Positions 38,327 through 48,800 of a DNA stretch of 64,000 nucleotides are shown here, piece after piece. The notes under the pieces were generated by a model, which was given only the letters and a program-made list of their open reading frames with translations, had not been told where the DNA came from and did not search any database. Numbering within the stretch: the stretch's first letter is position 1; each line of letters starts with the position of its first letter. Location: positions 1,152,001 through 1,216,000 of the forward strand of contig OZ242326.1 in NCBI GenBank assembly GCA_965208325.1, written 5' to 3'. This stretch comes from Candidatus Poribacteria bacterium (lineage in GTDB: Bacteria; Poribacteria; WGA-4E; PCPOR2b). Position numbers and translations under genes: made by a program.

Positions 38327-39796
38327 GTGTCGCGCTTAAGGACGGCCTCTCAATCGTTTATAGTCTCCCTTCTAATTCATGCGCTAATCGCCTTCGTCAT
38401 CGGGGTGTTCTTGATAACTCGGACGCGTGCGTTTCGTGATCTCATTGACGCCAGCATTCTACAACCCGCCGAACCTCCCAAGCCGATGATCCGCAAGCCG
38501 ATAGTTAAACCAGCGGCAAAGCCTATTGTTCCCGTTCAATCAATAATAGTTGTCGACCAAATTCAAACTACACCACGTGTCACAACATCGGTAAGGCATG
38601 AAAGCCCCCGCGTTACCGCTGAACAGAAGGTTGCATTTTCAAATCGCCGCTTAAAGCTCGATTTAACGCCAAATCCAGAAACACCAAGGGTTGTCAATCC
38701 CAATCAACCAACTGCCCACATAGTCACGCACGTGAATCTCCCAATCGCCGACTCGCAGGGTGCGCCGGCTTTTTCTGCATCTGTTTCGCCGGGTGGCGGC
38801 CGCGCAAACCGGTATAGCCAACGCGGGATTCACTCTGCACATCACGGCATTCCAATCGGGCAGAATTCTCGCCGCATGGCTTCCGGTATAAAATCCTTAG
38901 TCAATGCCACTGGCGCCGAACCGTCCGCACTAAATGCTTTAAACCGCGAGATTCATTTGGGAAATCAACTCATGGTGCCACTTAAGGCGAACGAATTAGG
39001 TGCTCGAATTTACACCGACCCCCACACTGGTATGCCCACCGGCTATTTCCATATCTGCTACGTCCGTTTTCGCCAACGTGGAATGAATGAATTTTTTGAA
39101 GTCGATCCGACCGCACTTTACTTTTTGGTGAAATGGATGACGCAAAGTACACACATCAAAGGTCGAATCGCCGGTCGTACGCTTTTTCTCGATGACCCGG
39201 GAATTCATGAATCGCCAATGCTCTATATGAACGGCACGCGCGCAGTTCGCCTGCGCCCCGCGGAAAAATGGAACCTCACACGTTATCTCGTTGAGAAAGG
39301 CGGCTTCATCTTTGTTGACGACGATATGGGGCAAGGCAGCGCATCAGTACGGGCATTTGCGCGTTCATTGCGCGCACAGTTTCGAGAGATTATCCTCGGC
39401 GCTGGTGGTAGAGAACTCATGAAAATTCCAAACGAACATCCAATCTGGAATGAACCGTTTAAACTCGGCGGGCAACCTGCCAGTCCCAATCCGTACAGCC
39501 GGCCCACCCTTCCGATGACCGCGTTTGAGTTGAATGGACGCCTCTCCGTAGTCGTCAGCTATGACGACTATAACAACGGATGGGAAGCTCCCGGCAGGGG
39601 TATGGGCGGGATTGATTTTGTGCCCTCAATCCTACGCATGGGTGCAAATTTTATGTTCTATGCTGGAACACACGGGAAGATAAGCGATTACAAGCACTAT
39701 GTTCCATCCGACAAGTGGAGAAATGACGATGCCCTGGAAAAAGTGCCGACGCGGGCACCTCAAGCCGCTTCCATTTCATCGTTAGGTCTTCAATAG
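38327..39796 (+). CDS. DUF4159 domain protein with N-terminal membrane anchor and Pro-rich linker
   Basis: SLLIHALIAFVIGVF anchor, PAEPPKP linker, and C-terminal PMLYMNG / LTRYLVEKGGFIFVDD / PNEHPIW / D..NGWE / MGANF pattern. Confidence 0.75.
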   Translation: MSRLRTASQSFIVSLLIHALIAFVIGVFLITRTRAFRDLIDASILQPAEPPKPMIRKPIVKPAAKPIVPVQSIIVVDQIQTTPRVTTSVRHESPRVTAEQKVAFSNRRLKLDLTPNPETPRVVNPNQPTAHIVTHVNLPIADSQGAPAFSASVSPGGGRANRYSQRGIHSAHHGIPIGQNSRRMASGIKSLVNATGAEPSALNALNREIHLGNQLMVPLKANELGARIYTDPHTGMPTGYFHICYVRFRQRGMNEFFEVDPTALYFLVKWMTQSTHIKGRIAGRTLFLDDPGIHESPMLYMNGTRAVRLRPAEKWNLTRYLVEKGGFIFVDDDMGQGSASVRAFARSLRAQFREIILGAGGRELMKIPNEHPIWNEPFKLGGQPASPNPYSRPTLPMTAFELNGRLSVVVSYDDYNNGWEAPGRGMGGIDFVPSILRMGANFMFYAGTHGKISDYKHYVPSDKWRNDDALEKVPTRAPQAASISSLGLQ

Positions 39797-39909
39797 TAAA
39801 TCCCCGAGCATTGTGCCGTGAACGTAATCGTGCTCGACCGCCTTGCTCATGTAAACTTTCAACATCGTTTTCTAGATTGACTCTCTAGAACGCTAGAAGA
39901 CGGTTAAAG

Positions 39910-40283
39910 ATGCGCATTCGCACCCGACTAATCTGGAATTATATCGACATTGTGCTGGTGTTTTTGCCGGCAATCGAAACGAATCTGCCGCCTCAAAACT
40001 CCGGCTCAACGGACTAACAGTTGATTTGGAATAGCATCAAGCCTTCAGTCACGAAGCGTTAATTGATTTGACGACGACGGAAATTAAGATGCAGACGTTA
40101 TTCGCCGGTTCACCGGGGCGTGCATTTACTCGGAACATTTTGATGGACGTAGTTAAGGGACAGGAGTATTACGGCGCGAATCGCACAATAGACACGCACA
40201 TCAGCCGACTTAGACGCAAATTAGGTGGATTTGGCGATTTAATCTAAACCGTGCACGGCGTGGGATATCGGTTAAAAGCGTAG
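39910..40283 (+). pseudogene. Collapsed two-component relic: sensor-kinase-like N-terminus joined to a degraded OmpR/PhoB DNA-binding domain
   Basis: From ATG 39910: MRIRTRLIWNYIDIVLVFL. In another frame (39996-40283): KLRLNGLTVDLE*HQAFSHEALIDLTTTEIKMQTLFAGSPGRAFTRNILMDVVKGQEYYGANRTIDTHISRLRRKLGGFGDLI*TVHGVGYRLKA*, with internal TAG 40032 and TAA 40245. Confidence 0.85.
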
Positions 40284-40295
40284 CTTCCGCGAGAA

Positions 40296-40976
40296 CTATT
40301 CCGTTTTTTCCTTAAGTTTCGCGGCACGTTGATGACGAATCACATCGCCTTCAACCAAATAGTACACCTCTTCGCCAATATTCGCCGCCAAGTCTCCAAT
40401 CCGCTCCAAATGCCGGAAGAGCAGCAACGTGCTGATGCCAGGCCGGACGAGTTCAGGCCGCTCAATCATATACGTCAAAAGCTCACGCAAAGTTTGGTCG
40501 TATATGGCGTCAACCTGCTTATCTCGTTCCCGCACCTCCTGGGCTAAGATAGCGTCGCGGTTTACAAATGCGTCGAGTGTGTCTTTCACCATTTCCTGGA
40601 CGATTCCAGCAACGCGCGGCAAATCTATAAACGGCTTAACCGGCGCATGCTCCATTAATTCCAGGCATCGTTGAGCAATATCGACTGCCTTGTCTGCCAT
40701 CCGCTCAAGGTCACGGTTAATCTTCATCGCCATCGTGAGAAAACGGACATCTGACGCCGCTGGCTGGTGGAGGGCAATGAGTTGGATGCAGTATTCTTCA
40801 ATTTCATTCTCAAGTGCATCGGCTTGGTCATCACTGTCAATGACCGCCTGCGCAAGCTCTCCGTTGCGGTTGAGAACAGACTCGACCGCCCGGTGTAGCA
40901 TATCTTCCGCAAGGTCCCCGAGCACGAGCAGTTTCTGTTGAAGTTCACTTAATTCAAGTTCAAAACGCCGCTGCAT
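40296..40976 (-). CDS. phoU: Phosphate signalling complex protein PhoU
   Basis: ALHQPAASDVR, DLERMAD and HLERIGDLAANI; downstream of pstB. Confidence 0.96.
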   Translation of the reverse strand: MQRRFELELSELQQKLLVLGDLAEDMLHRAVESVLNRNGELAQAVIDSDDQADALENEIEEYCIQLIALHQPAASDVRFLTMAMKINRDLERMADKAVDIAQRCLELMEHAPVKPFIDLPRVAGIVQEMVKDTLDAFVNRDAILAQEVRERDKQVDAIYDQTLRELLTYMIERPELVRPGISTLLLFRHLERIGDLAANIGEEVYYLVEGDVIRHQRAAKLKEKTE

Positions 40977-41124
40977 CGTAATACCTCCTTTTGCCGGATG
41001 ATGTATATTTCATGCAATCCGTACATCAACCTAATTCAGGGCACATCATTTGGTTAAGAAATCTGTAATTCATGCATAATGGACAGTCATCCAGACTACT
41101 GTCTCGCCGAAAATTTAAGGCCAA

Positions 41125-41904
41125 TTAACCAAACTTGCCTGTGATGTAAGCCTCTGTCCTTGAGTCTCCCGGATTGGTAAATATCTTTTCTGTCGCATCA
41201 AATTCAATCAGCTCGCCGAGATAGAGAAAAGCCGTAAAATCCGAGACACGCGCCGCCTGTTGCATGTTGTGCGTAACGATTAGAACCGTATAGTTGGCTT
41301 TCAATTCCAGTATCAGTTCCTCAATTTTGCCCGTCGCTATTGGATCGAGCGCTGAACACGGTTCATCCAGCAACAATACCTCCGGTTCAATTGCTAACGT
41401 CCTCGCGATGCAAAGCCGCTGTTGTTGTCCGCCAGAAAGTGTGTACGCGTTGTCTTTCAACTTGTCCTTGACTTCATCCCATAGCGCAGCCTTTTTCAAA
41501 CTGTCTTCAACTATCATATCAAGCTTAAGACGATTGCGAATCCCCGAAATCCTAGGGCCGTAAGCCACATTTTCATAGATGGATTTTGGAAACGGGTTCT
41601 GCTTCTGAAAGACCATGCCGAGCCGCAAACGCACCTCTACCGGATCAATTGCGGGGGAGTATAAATCCTCGCCCTCCAAGAGGATTTGTCCCGCCAGCCT
41701 AAAAGTGGGAATGAAGTCGTTCATACGGTTGAAACACCGGATGAGCGTACTTTTGCCGCATCCGGACGGGCCAATCAACGCGGTCACTCTGAAACGTTCA
41801 ATATTAAACGATATATCTTTCAGCGCCAGTGCCGTGCCATACCAAGCGTTTAAACTTTGTACATTTAAGATGGTGTCTACTTTATTCAGTTGCTCGTGGT
41901 TCAT
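41125..41904 (-). CDS. pstB: Phosphate ABC transporter ATP-binding protein
   Basis: [42 protein letters not shown] and YITGKFG. Start set at ATG 41904. Confidence 0.96.
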   Translation of the reverse strand: MNHEQLNKVDTILNVQSLNAWYGTALALKDISFNIERFRVTALIGPSGCGKSTLIRCFNRMNDFIPTFRLAGQILLEGEDLYSPAIDPVEVRLRLGMVFQKQNPFPKSIYENVAYGPRISGIRNRLKLDMIVEDSLKKAALWDEVKDKLKDNAYTLSGGQQQRLCIARTLAIEPEVLLLDEPCSALDPIATGKIEELILELKANYTVLIVTHNMQQAARVSDFTAFLYLGELIEFDATEKIFTNPGDSRTEAYITGKFG

Positions 41905-41911
41905 CTTTGCC

Positions 41912-42790
41912 TCACGAATACTGTGTCTGATAACGGTTTCGTAAAAAGATAGCGAGGGCATTTAAGAGGAGTGTCACCGCCAACAGGACAACGATTCCTG
42001 CTGCTGCATTGGTGAGAAATTCTTTTTGCGGTCTGTCAACCCAATTGTAAATCTGAATAGGTAACACGGTAAATGGCTTGAGTAGCCCTTCGGGCGGATG
42101 TGTAACGAACATTAGCGCCCCTATCATAATCAACGGAGCAGTTTCTCCGACCGCACGCGAAATGGCAAGGATTACTCCGGTGAGAATCCCCGGGAACGCC
42201 ATTGGCAGGACATGGTGACTAATCGCCTGCCAGCGCGAGGCGCCGAGTGCATACGCCGCTTCACGGATACTGGGGGGTACAGACCGAATTGCCTCGCGAG
42301 CCGAAATAATAACAATTGGCAGCACGAGTAGCGCCAATGTCAATGCCCCCGCCAAAAGGCTCTTGTCTAGGCGCATTATCCTGACAAACAGCCCCAATCC
42401 TAAAATTCCGTAAATTATCGAAGGCACTCCTGCTAAATTGGCGACATTGATTTCGATGATGCGGCTAATGCGGCTTGACCGATTCGTATATTCTTCAAGA
42501 TAGATTGCCGCACCCACGCCCAATGGCACACTGATTAACGCGGTTAGCGCTATCACGTACATACTGCCAAGCAACGCCGCAAATATTCCGGCTTCTGCAG
42601 GGAACCGGGACAAGTAGCTAGTTAGAAACTTCCAACTGAGCCGCGGCACCCCATCAATGAGCGCATCTACAATCAGCGCTCCTAATGTGATTAGCGCTAT
42701 CAATACGCCAATTGCAGCAACAATCTGAAAAATTCGGTCATTCCGCCTTTGCCTAGCGAGAAGCCTTTGGAGTTGTGTCCTTGAGATCAT
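41912..42790 (-). CDS. pstA: Phosphate ABC transporter permease
   Basis: [20 protein letters not shown] and RAVGETAPL. Confidence 0.96.
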   Translation of the reverse strand: MISRTQLQRLLARQRRNDRIFQIVAAIGVLIALITLGALIVDALIDGVPRLSWKFLTSYLSRFPAEAGIFAALLGSMYVIALTALISVPLGVGAAIYLEEYTNRSSRISRIIEINVANLAGVPSIIYGILGLGLFVRIMRLDKSLLAGALTLALLVLPIVIISAREAIRSVPPSIREAAYALGASRWQAISHHVLPMAFPGILTGVILAISRAVGETAPLIMIGALMFVTHPPEGLLKPFTVLPIQIYNWVDRPQKEFLTNAAAGIVVLLAVTLLLNALAIFLRNRYQTQYS

Positions 42791-43686
42791 TCGTACCTCT
42801 CCCTAAAGCGCCGGCGCAACCGGTCTCCGAGGATGTTGAGCATGAACGTTGATACAAACAGCACCATACCTACCGCAAAAATCGTCCTGTATACAAGCGT
42901 ACCGCTCGGTGTGTCGCCCAAACTGACCTGAACGATGTAAGCCGTCATCGTCTCTATAGCCACCAACGGGTTAAACGTGAATGTCGGTTTCTTGCCCGCG
43001 GCAATTGTAACCAACATCGTCTCGCCGATAGCACGGGAAACCGCGATAACAAAGGACGCTGTTATGCCGGAAAACGCCGCCGGTACGACAACCCGCCACG
43101 AAACCTGAAGCCGAGAAGAACCTAACGCATAGGCTGCATCCCGCAAACTGCGGGGCACTGCAAACATAGCATCCTCGCTGAGAGAGGAGACTAACGGGAG
43201 TATCATGATGCCCATTACGATGCCGGGTGAGAGTGCGTTAAACGCTTCAAGGGAAGGAATCAGTCGCTGCAAAAGCGGCGTGACAAACAGCAGCGCAAAG
43301 TAACCGTAGACAATCGTGGGTACACCGGCTAATATCTCCAAAATGGGTTTCAACAATCGACGCAGTCTGTCCGGGGCATATTCACTCAAAAAAATCGCCG
43401 TTAACAGCCCCAAGGGTACAGCCGTGAAAACGGCGATTAGTGATATTAACACTGTCCCTGACAGCAGGGAAAGCACACCGAATCGCTTGTTCGTGAATTG
43501 GGGAGTCCACTCCCTGTCGGTTAGGAATTCGAAGACCGAAACCTCTTTAAAAAAGGCAATCGTCTCAAACAACAGCACACAGATAATTCCAACGGTGGTT
43601 AAGATGGAGAGTAGACCACATGCCATAAGGCTCAATTCAATAATCCGCTCAATGATCCGAGACGTCTTTGTCTGCTTCGATCTCAT
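42787..43686 (-). CDS. pstC: Phosphate ABC transporter permease
   Basis: [19 protein letters not shown] and SRAIGETM. Start set at ATG 43686. Confidence 0.95.
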   Translation of the reverse strand: MRSKQTKTSRIIERIIELSLMACGLLSILTTVGIICVLLFETIAFFKEVSVFEFLTDREWTPQFTNKRFGVLSLLSGTVLISLIAVFTAVPLGLLTAIFLSEYAPDRLRRLLKPILEILAGVPTIVYGYFALLFVTPLLQRLIPSLEAFNALSPGIVMGIMILPLVSSLSEDAMFAVPRSLRDAAYALGSSRLQVSWRVVVPAAFSGITASFVIAVSRAIGETMLVTIAAGKKPTFTFNPLVAIETMTAYIVQVSLGDTPSGTLVYRTIFAVGMVLFVSTFMLNILGDRLRRRFRERYE

Positions 43687-43770
43687 TGGATTCGGCCATC
43701 GAAACTGTTGTTTTTCATAAAAAACAAGATTATCCTCCGCCCCGTTAGAACACGGGATTCCCGGCACCGC

Positions 43771-44778
43771 TTAATTTATATCGCCGCGTAGAACATCATC
43801 TATCGAAACTCCCAATGTCGAACCCTTACCGCCAAACACTGAGCCGGTGACGCGATTTTGGAAACGCCGCAGGATGAGTTGGTATGTCTCTTCCGGAAGC
43901 GGAATGTATTCAGCTTCCTCGGTCAAAGTCTTCGCTTGCTGCAAATAAAATTCAACAAATTTTTCAACCTCCGGACGGTCAGCCGACTGCTTGCTGACGT
44001 ATATGAAGATTGGCCGCGATAGCGGCTGATACGTGGCATTTTTGACTGTCTCTAGCGAGGGAGCGATGGCACCGTCGCCGTTGTCCATTTTCCCATCGTC
44101 TATCGGTACGAGCTTCAGAATTTCCCGATTGGCTTCGTAATATGCAAGTCCAAAGACTCCTAGCGTGTAATCATCCCGGGCTACCGCCTGCACGAGTACG
44201 TTGTCATTCTCGCTAGCAATAAAATCCCCGCGGCTCGCCCCCTCTTCACCACAGACAGCCTTCGTAAAGTAATCATACGATCCAGAATCCGGGCCAGGGC
44301 CAGCAAGTGAAATCTTCTTACTCGGCCAATCCGGTCGAATTTGATTCCAGTATAATATCTTCCCTTGCGCCTCCGGCTCCCAAAGCTTCTTCAGTTCCGC
44401 AACCGTCATATAATCCACCCAGTCGTTTTCCGGATTGACTGTGATTGCCAAACCGTCGAATGCCACTGGCAGTTCAATATACTCAATGCCGTTCTTCTTA
44501 CACAATTCAACCTCCGAGGGTTTGATAGGGCGCGACGCATTAGTCACGTCGGTTTCACCGCGTCCGAATTGTTTAAATCCGCCGCCGGTGCCGGAGATAC
44601 CGACAGTTACTCTGAATGTAGGGTTTTCTTTCTGGAACTCTTCAGCCACTGCCTCGGTAATAGGATAAACCGTGCTTGAACCATCCACTTCAACTAGGAG
44701 GGAATCGTCGCCGCAGCCGCTGTAAAATACGCTCAACAGGAGCGCAAGTGTGCCGAACCATCTGAATTTCATAAACAT
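43771..44778 (-). CDS. pstS: Phosphate ABC transporter substrate-binding lipoprotein
   Basis: Lipobox [26 protein letters not shown] and [11 protein letters not shown]. Start set at ATG 44778 after GAGAGGTG. Confidence 0.95.
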   Translation of the reverse strand: MFMKFRWFGTLALLLSVFYSGCGDDSLLVEVDGSSTVYPITEAVAEEFQKENPTFRVTVGISGTGGGFKQFGRGETDVTNASRPIKPSEVELCKKNGIEYIELPVAFDGLAITVNPENDWVDYMTVAELKKLWEPEAQGKILYWNQIRPDWPSKKISLAGPGPDSGSYDYFTKAVCGEEGASRGDFIASENDNVLVQAVARDDYTLGVFGLAYYEANREILKLVPIDDGKMDNGDGAIAPSLETVKNATYQPLSRPIFIYVSKQSADRPEVEKFVEFYLQQAKTLTEEAEYIPLPEETYQLILRRFQNRVTGSVFGGKGSTLGVSIDDVLRGDIN

Positions 44779-44890
44779 AATGAACCACTCACCTCTCTTC
44801 CACCGGAAAATACCGCCGAATAAGTGTTTTATTCCAAGAATCCTTAGAACCGTTTGACAATTCATTTTATACAGCCCCAGAGAAGCGTCC

Positions 44891-44953
44891 GTAGGCGGGG
44901 CATCTTGCACCGCGTGAACCAACACGCCCTGTAGGCCGGGCATCTTGCCCCGC
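44891..44953 (+). repeat. Tandem pair of GTAG-type REP-like palindromes in the pstS leader
   Basis: gtaggcggggcatcttgcaccgc (44891-44913) and gtaggccgggcatcttgccccgc (44931-44953), 40-nt period. Confidence 0.7.
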
Positions 44954-45010
44954 CCAATGCTGGAGTAAGGTAATTATCGGAATCAAGCGGCCGATTAGCA
45001 TCAGCTGATA

Positions 45011-45044
45011 AGTCTAACACTCAGATGTTACAAAATTATGGCAT
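45011..45044 (-). promoter_or_regulatory. Pho box plus -10 element upstream of pstS
   Basis: Minus strand ATGCCAT-AATT-TTGTAAC (two half-sites with 11-bp period), a 10-nt spacer, then TAGACT. This is the E. coli pho-promoter geometry. Confidence 0.6.
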
Positions 45045-45162
45045 TTCTACTACTTTAACTACAAAATTCGCGCAGATTTATTGTAGACTTTCATAGTCTT
45101 TCCAACACCGCGCTACGCAAATATGAGCTTACCTACCTAAAAGTCCGCATGGGTTTCATAAA

Positions 45163-45963
45163 CTAACCCATACATATCCCGCCATCCACGTGGATACTCT
45201 GACCGGTGATATTCCGCGCCTCTTCCGATGCCAAAAACACCACCAAATTGCCGATGTCCTCGGGCGTCTGCTCGCGTTGTAGGGGCGTGTTATGCTTTAC
45301 CCACTCCTCAAATAGTTCACGCGGCGCAAGATTTGCGTACGTTGGATTGCTGCGAGTTATGAGCGGTGCCAGCTTTCGCCAGAAGGCGGTCCAAACTAAT
45401 CCCGGACAGACCGCATTGACATTGATGTTATACGCACCTAAATCTTTTGCGACTAGCCGCGTCAGGTTCAACAAGGCGTTCTTTGCAGCCGCATACGCCG
45501 GCGCAATCTGTGGATCCCGCTTCGCTGCGATGGAAGAGATGTTGATTATCTTCCCATACTTCCGATCCATCATATGCGACGCAACGGCTTTGCAGAGGAA
45601 AAACGGCCCCTTTACGTTCACCGCATAGTTATCGTCCCAGTCCCCTTCTGTCTGGTTCGTGAAAGGAAGCCCCAACTGCTCGCCAAAATGTCCGGCGTTA
45701 TTAACGAGAATGTCTACAACCCCGAACGCTTCTAACGCCGTATCTACCAGATTCTGGCAGTCTTCCTCGTTCGTCACATCAGTCCGAACTGCTAGTCCAT
45801 GCTGTCCCATCGCTTCTAAAGTCTCGACACATCCCTTCGCAGCATCTAAATTCATGTCAGACACTACCACATCTGCGCCTTCCCTCGCGAGGCATGCACA
45901 AATCCCGCGCCCCATTCCGCCGCCGGCACCGGTAACGATAGCAATTTTGCCCTTCAATCGCAT
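45163..45963 (-). CDS. Short-chain dehydrogenase/reductase (SDR)
   Basis: TGAGGGMG, LVNNAG, NISS, YAAAK, NAVCPG and ITGQSIHVDGG. Confidence 0.95.
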   Translation of the reverse strand: MRLKGKIAIVTGAGGGMGRGICACLAREGADVVVSDMNLDAAKGCVETLEAMGQHGLAVRTDVTNEEDCQNLVDTALEAFGVVDILVNNAGHFGEQLGLPFTNQTEGDWDDNYAVNVKGPFFLCKAVASHMMDRKYGKIINISSIAAKRDPQIAPAYAAAKNALLNLTRLVAKDLGAYNINVNAVCPGLVWTAFWRKLAPLITRSNPTYANLAPRELFEEWVKHNTPLQREQTPEDIGNLVVFLASEEARNITGQSIHVDGGICMG

Positions 45964-46450
45964 CTAAAACTCCTTTCCATGATAGGAGAAATACACGTTA
46001 TCCTCTAAAGACGCGCCTAGCCGCCGCATTTCTTCAATTTCGGACATATACCGAACGACTTCAAAGAATTGATTCATCCACAGCACGAACCATGCTGCTC
46101 TATTTGCCCTCTGTTTTGCCCACTTCTTTTCCCTTTGCCGCGTCAATCTGTCAGTTACTGCTGCGAAGTGAGAGTTAAATTGGTTGCTTGATATCCGCAG
46201 CTTGCGCCCACCCAAATGAGATGCACGCGAAATCCTAGGATTATCATGCAATCTATGATTATACATCATTTCAGCCCTAAGTGACAATTGGGATTTTCGG
46301 TATTTCGCAGTTTAATCACCAAAGTTCGGCTTCATTCTATAAACGCCATATACATCGAATTGTGACACTTGTGCTACGAAGTTGTATCACTCTTGCAACA
46401 GGTTGCCTTTATGCAGATTTCATCTACCCATCTCCCACTGAATCTTAGCG

Positions 46451-46512
46451 TTGGCATCTGAATTGCTAAATCTTTATTTTAACTTGGCATATGAGGGTTG
46501 CTATGATATACT
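46451..46512 (+). promoter_or_regulatory. Sigma54 (-24/-12) promoter followed by a sigma70-like promoter
   Basis: TTGGCATCTGAATTGCT (46451-46467, GG-N10-GC), then TTGGCA (46484-46489), 17-nt spacer, TATACT (46507-46512) with TG extension. Confidence 0.55.
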
Positions 46513-46554
46513 CTCAAAAATCGTACACTAACTCTGGTGAAAGGAATGAGAGCC

Positions 46555-47121
46555 ATGAAAAACCTTGCTCTGACAGGCGCATTGCTATTGGCTGTGCTGA
46601 TAGCGGCAGGGTGTTACACCCAAGTCGGTTACTATGAATCCCGTTTCGAAAAACCATCAACGTACCACCGGCACAAAAAGGACTCGGCGGAGCAATCCAA
46701 ACACGATAAGCGGACACGCGCAGAATCGCAATCCGAAGAGGGAGTAGAACGAGAAGATACTGGCGCGGATCGTGTGGACGTAGAGGAAGATAAGGGATAT
46801 TACGGACGCCACAAACCCGCATATCGCAGATACCCGCGTTATCACAGACCCTACTATCGTTATCACACACCTTACTATTACGATTACTACCATCCACCAA
46901 CATATCGGTATTACCCGCATTACCCGTATTATTCTTATGGAGGCTATTACAGTTTTTATCCATATCGCCCCTATAGGTATAGCGGTTATCATCGGCATTA
47001 CGGTGGAAACTACGGTCGCCATCATCGTTATGGCGGGACCCGCTCAAGCCGCACCTACAAAAATCGTGACGCGCATCACGGAAAAAAACGTTCGCGGCAG
47101 TACCGCGGCAGATCGCATTGA
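46555..47121 (+). CDS. Low-complexity Tyr/His/Arg/Pro-rich lipoprotein
   Basis: MKNLAL...IAAGC-YTQV lipobox followed by a long YxxY/YPxY-rich disordered region. Confidence 0.75.
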   Translation: MKNLALTGALLLAVLIAAGCYTQVGYYESRFEKPSTYHRHKKDSAEQSKHDKRTRAESQSEEGVEREDTGADRVDVEEDKGYYGRHKPAYRRYPRYHRPYYRYHTPYYYDYYHPPTYRYYPHYPYYSYGGYYSFYPYRPYRYSGYHRHYGGNYGRHHRYGGTRSSRTYKNRDAHHGKKRSRQYRGRSH

Positions 47122-47218
47122 ATGCTGATTTCATGAGCCTTGCCAATATCATATGTGAAAAATCTACATCACAACACCTAACGATAGTTGCGACAATTTG
47201 ACAGGAGGCATGAATCCG

Positions 47219-48511
47219 ATGAGAATGACGATTAAACGCACCACCATTTTGAGTTTCACACTACTCGGTCTTACAATGTGGGGAATCGTACCAGTCGCAC
47301 AAACGGAAGAAATTGCCGTGGGTAACACATTCGGGCTTGGCGCAAGAGCAATGGGTATGGGCGGAGCGTTCGTAAGTACCGCCGATGATTTTACAACGCT
47401 GTACTGGAATCCCGCAGGCCTTGCCCAGATACGGAAATTCGAGCTATTTTCTAGTTTCTCGCACAATGAAATGGACACCGAAACTCAGTTTTCACAAGCG
47501 AGAGAAACAACAGATGCCGGTAGATCGAAAACTCGCCCAAATTCAATCGGCTTGGTCTATCCGTTATACACAACCCGTGGCGGCATGGCAATCGCAGTAG
47601 GATATAACCGCCCTCAAAACTTCGATTCGCGAATTGTGGTTAAAGGATTAGACCCCTCTGATGACCCTGTCTTCGGCGGCTTTGATGTCGATGAATCAAA
47701 CAGTTATAAAGGGGGAATCGGCATTTGGAGTTTAGGTACGGGCGTCTATGTGTCTGAGAATATCATACTTGGCGGTGCGTTGGACTACTGGTATGGCAAA
47801 AGCCTTAACGAACTAGACAGCAACGCCGCCGATGTCAACGGCATTGACATGGAAATTGCGGGCATGGAGTTTCACGACACGGTCGATCGGGAGTATGCTG
47901 GATTGGGTGCTAGGGTTGGCGCATTAGCCCATTTGAGCGAGCAAGTGACGCTCGGCTTGACAGCGGTCTTTCCCATGAACCTTGAAATTTACGAATTTTG
48001 GAGTCAAGGAACTATCGTATCGTTTGATGACGGTGAACGGGAAAGCGATTATACCGAGGGTGATATTGAATACAATATCGAACGCCCATTCGAGTTCACC
48101 ACCGGAATCGCCGTCAAACTTTTGGAAAAACGTTTAACTCTCTCCGCCGATGTCCAGTTTTCGGATTGGACACAAGCTGTTTACAATCCGCCTCCGGCGG
48201 AAGATATTTCCAGCGGCTATTTTGAGGAACTGTATGATAGCACATTCCAAGTTCGCGCAGGTGCAGAGTATCATTTATCGGAAATTGACACCCGGTTCCG
48301 CGCCGGTTTTGTCCATGATCCCATCCCTTATCGTGGAAAAGACATTGAAAGCAATCGAAATTTCCTGGCACTTGGAGTTGGAAAGATTTTTGACCAGACA
48401 GTCAAGATTGATGTTGCTTATATGCTCGGTTCATGGCAGCAATCGGATGGGGAATTGTCAGAAAAGCGAACCGACCATCGAATTTTCGTGTCCGCTGCAT
48501 ATCGGTACTGA
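47219..48511 (+). CDS. Outer membrane transport protein, FadL/OmpP1-like
   Basis: GARAMGMGGAF..ADD..YWNPAGL hatch motif, amphipathic beta-strands and C-terminal VSAAYRY; AGGAGG RBS. Confidence 0.85.
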   Translation: MRMTIKRTTILSFTLLGLTMWGIVPVAQTEEIAVGNTFGLGARAMGMGGAFVSTADDFTTLYWNPAGLAQIRKFELFSSFSHNEMDTETQFSQARETTDAGRSKTRPNSIGLVYPLYTTRGGMAIAVGYNRPQNFDSRIVVKGLDPSDDPVFGGFDVDESNSYKGGIGIWSLGTGVYVSENIILGGALDYWYGKSLNELDSNAADVNGIDMEIAGMEFHDTVDREYAGLGARVGALAHLSEQVTLGLTAVFPMNLEIYEFWSQGTIVSFDDGERESDYTEGDIEYNIERPFEFTTGIAVKLLEKRLTLSADVQFSDWTQAVYNPPPAEDISSGYFEELYDSTFQVRAGAEYHLSEIDTRFRAGFVHDPIPYRGKDIESNRNFLALGVGKIFDQTVKIDVAYMLGSWQQSDGELSEKRTDHRIFVSAAYRY

Positions 48512-48800
48512 ACCGTATCGTAACGTTCACCTTCCAGTTTAACCAAACTATGCGCGAAGAATTCCTCATTTCTTGGCGCATTGCACCATCGGTAGTTTTG
48601 CCTGCATGACAGCAATCCTAATCTCAGATTAGGTCGGGTTGGTTGCTAACCGCCGCTTAATTTTTCTGCCAAAATTCATCGCACTTGCCACTGAAGATTA
48701 AGTTGCAAACGCTGTAGTCACGCAAGGGTGGTGAACCTAAATCGATATTGATTATTTTCGCGTTTTCGTGCTAATAGGCACGAAAATTGGAGGCCAATTA

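Noticed and set aside
40032..40247. Pyrrolysine or other read-through of the TAG in the PhoB-like fragment
   Set aside because: The same frame also has a TAA, lacks the receiver domain and has degenerate residues, so decay is the simpler explanation.
44891..44953. Mini CRISPR array
   Set aside because: Only two degenerate 23-nt units with a 17-nt spacer, similar units dispersed elsewhere, and no cas genes. This fits REP elements.
46514..47152. Long antisense ORFs (212 aa and 122 aa) over the Tyr-rich lipoprotein
   Set aside because: They are shadows of low-complexity codon usage. The + strand ORF has the RBS, lipobox and promoter.
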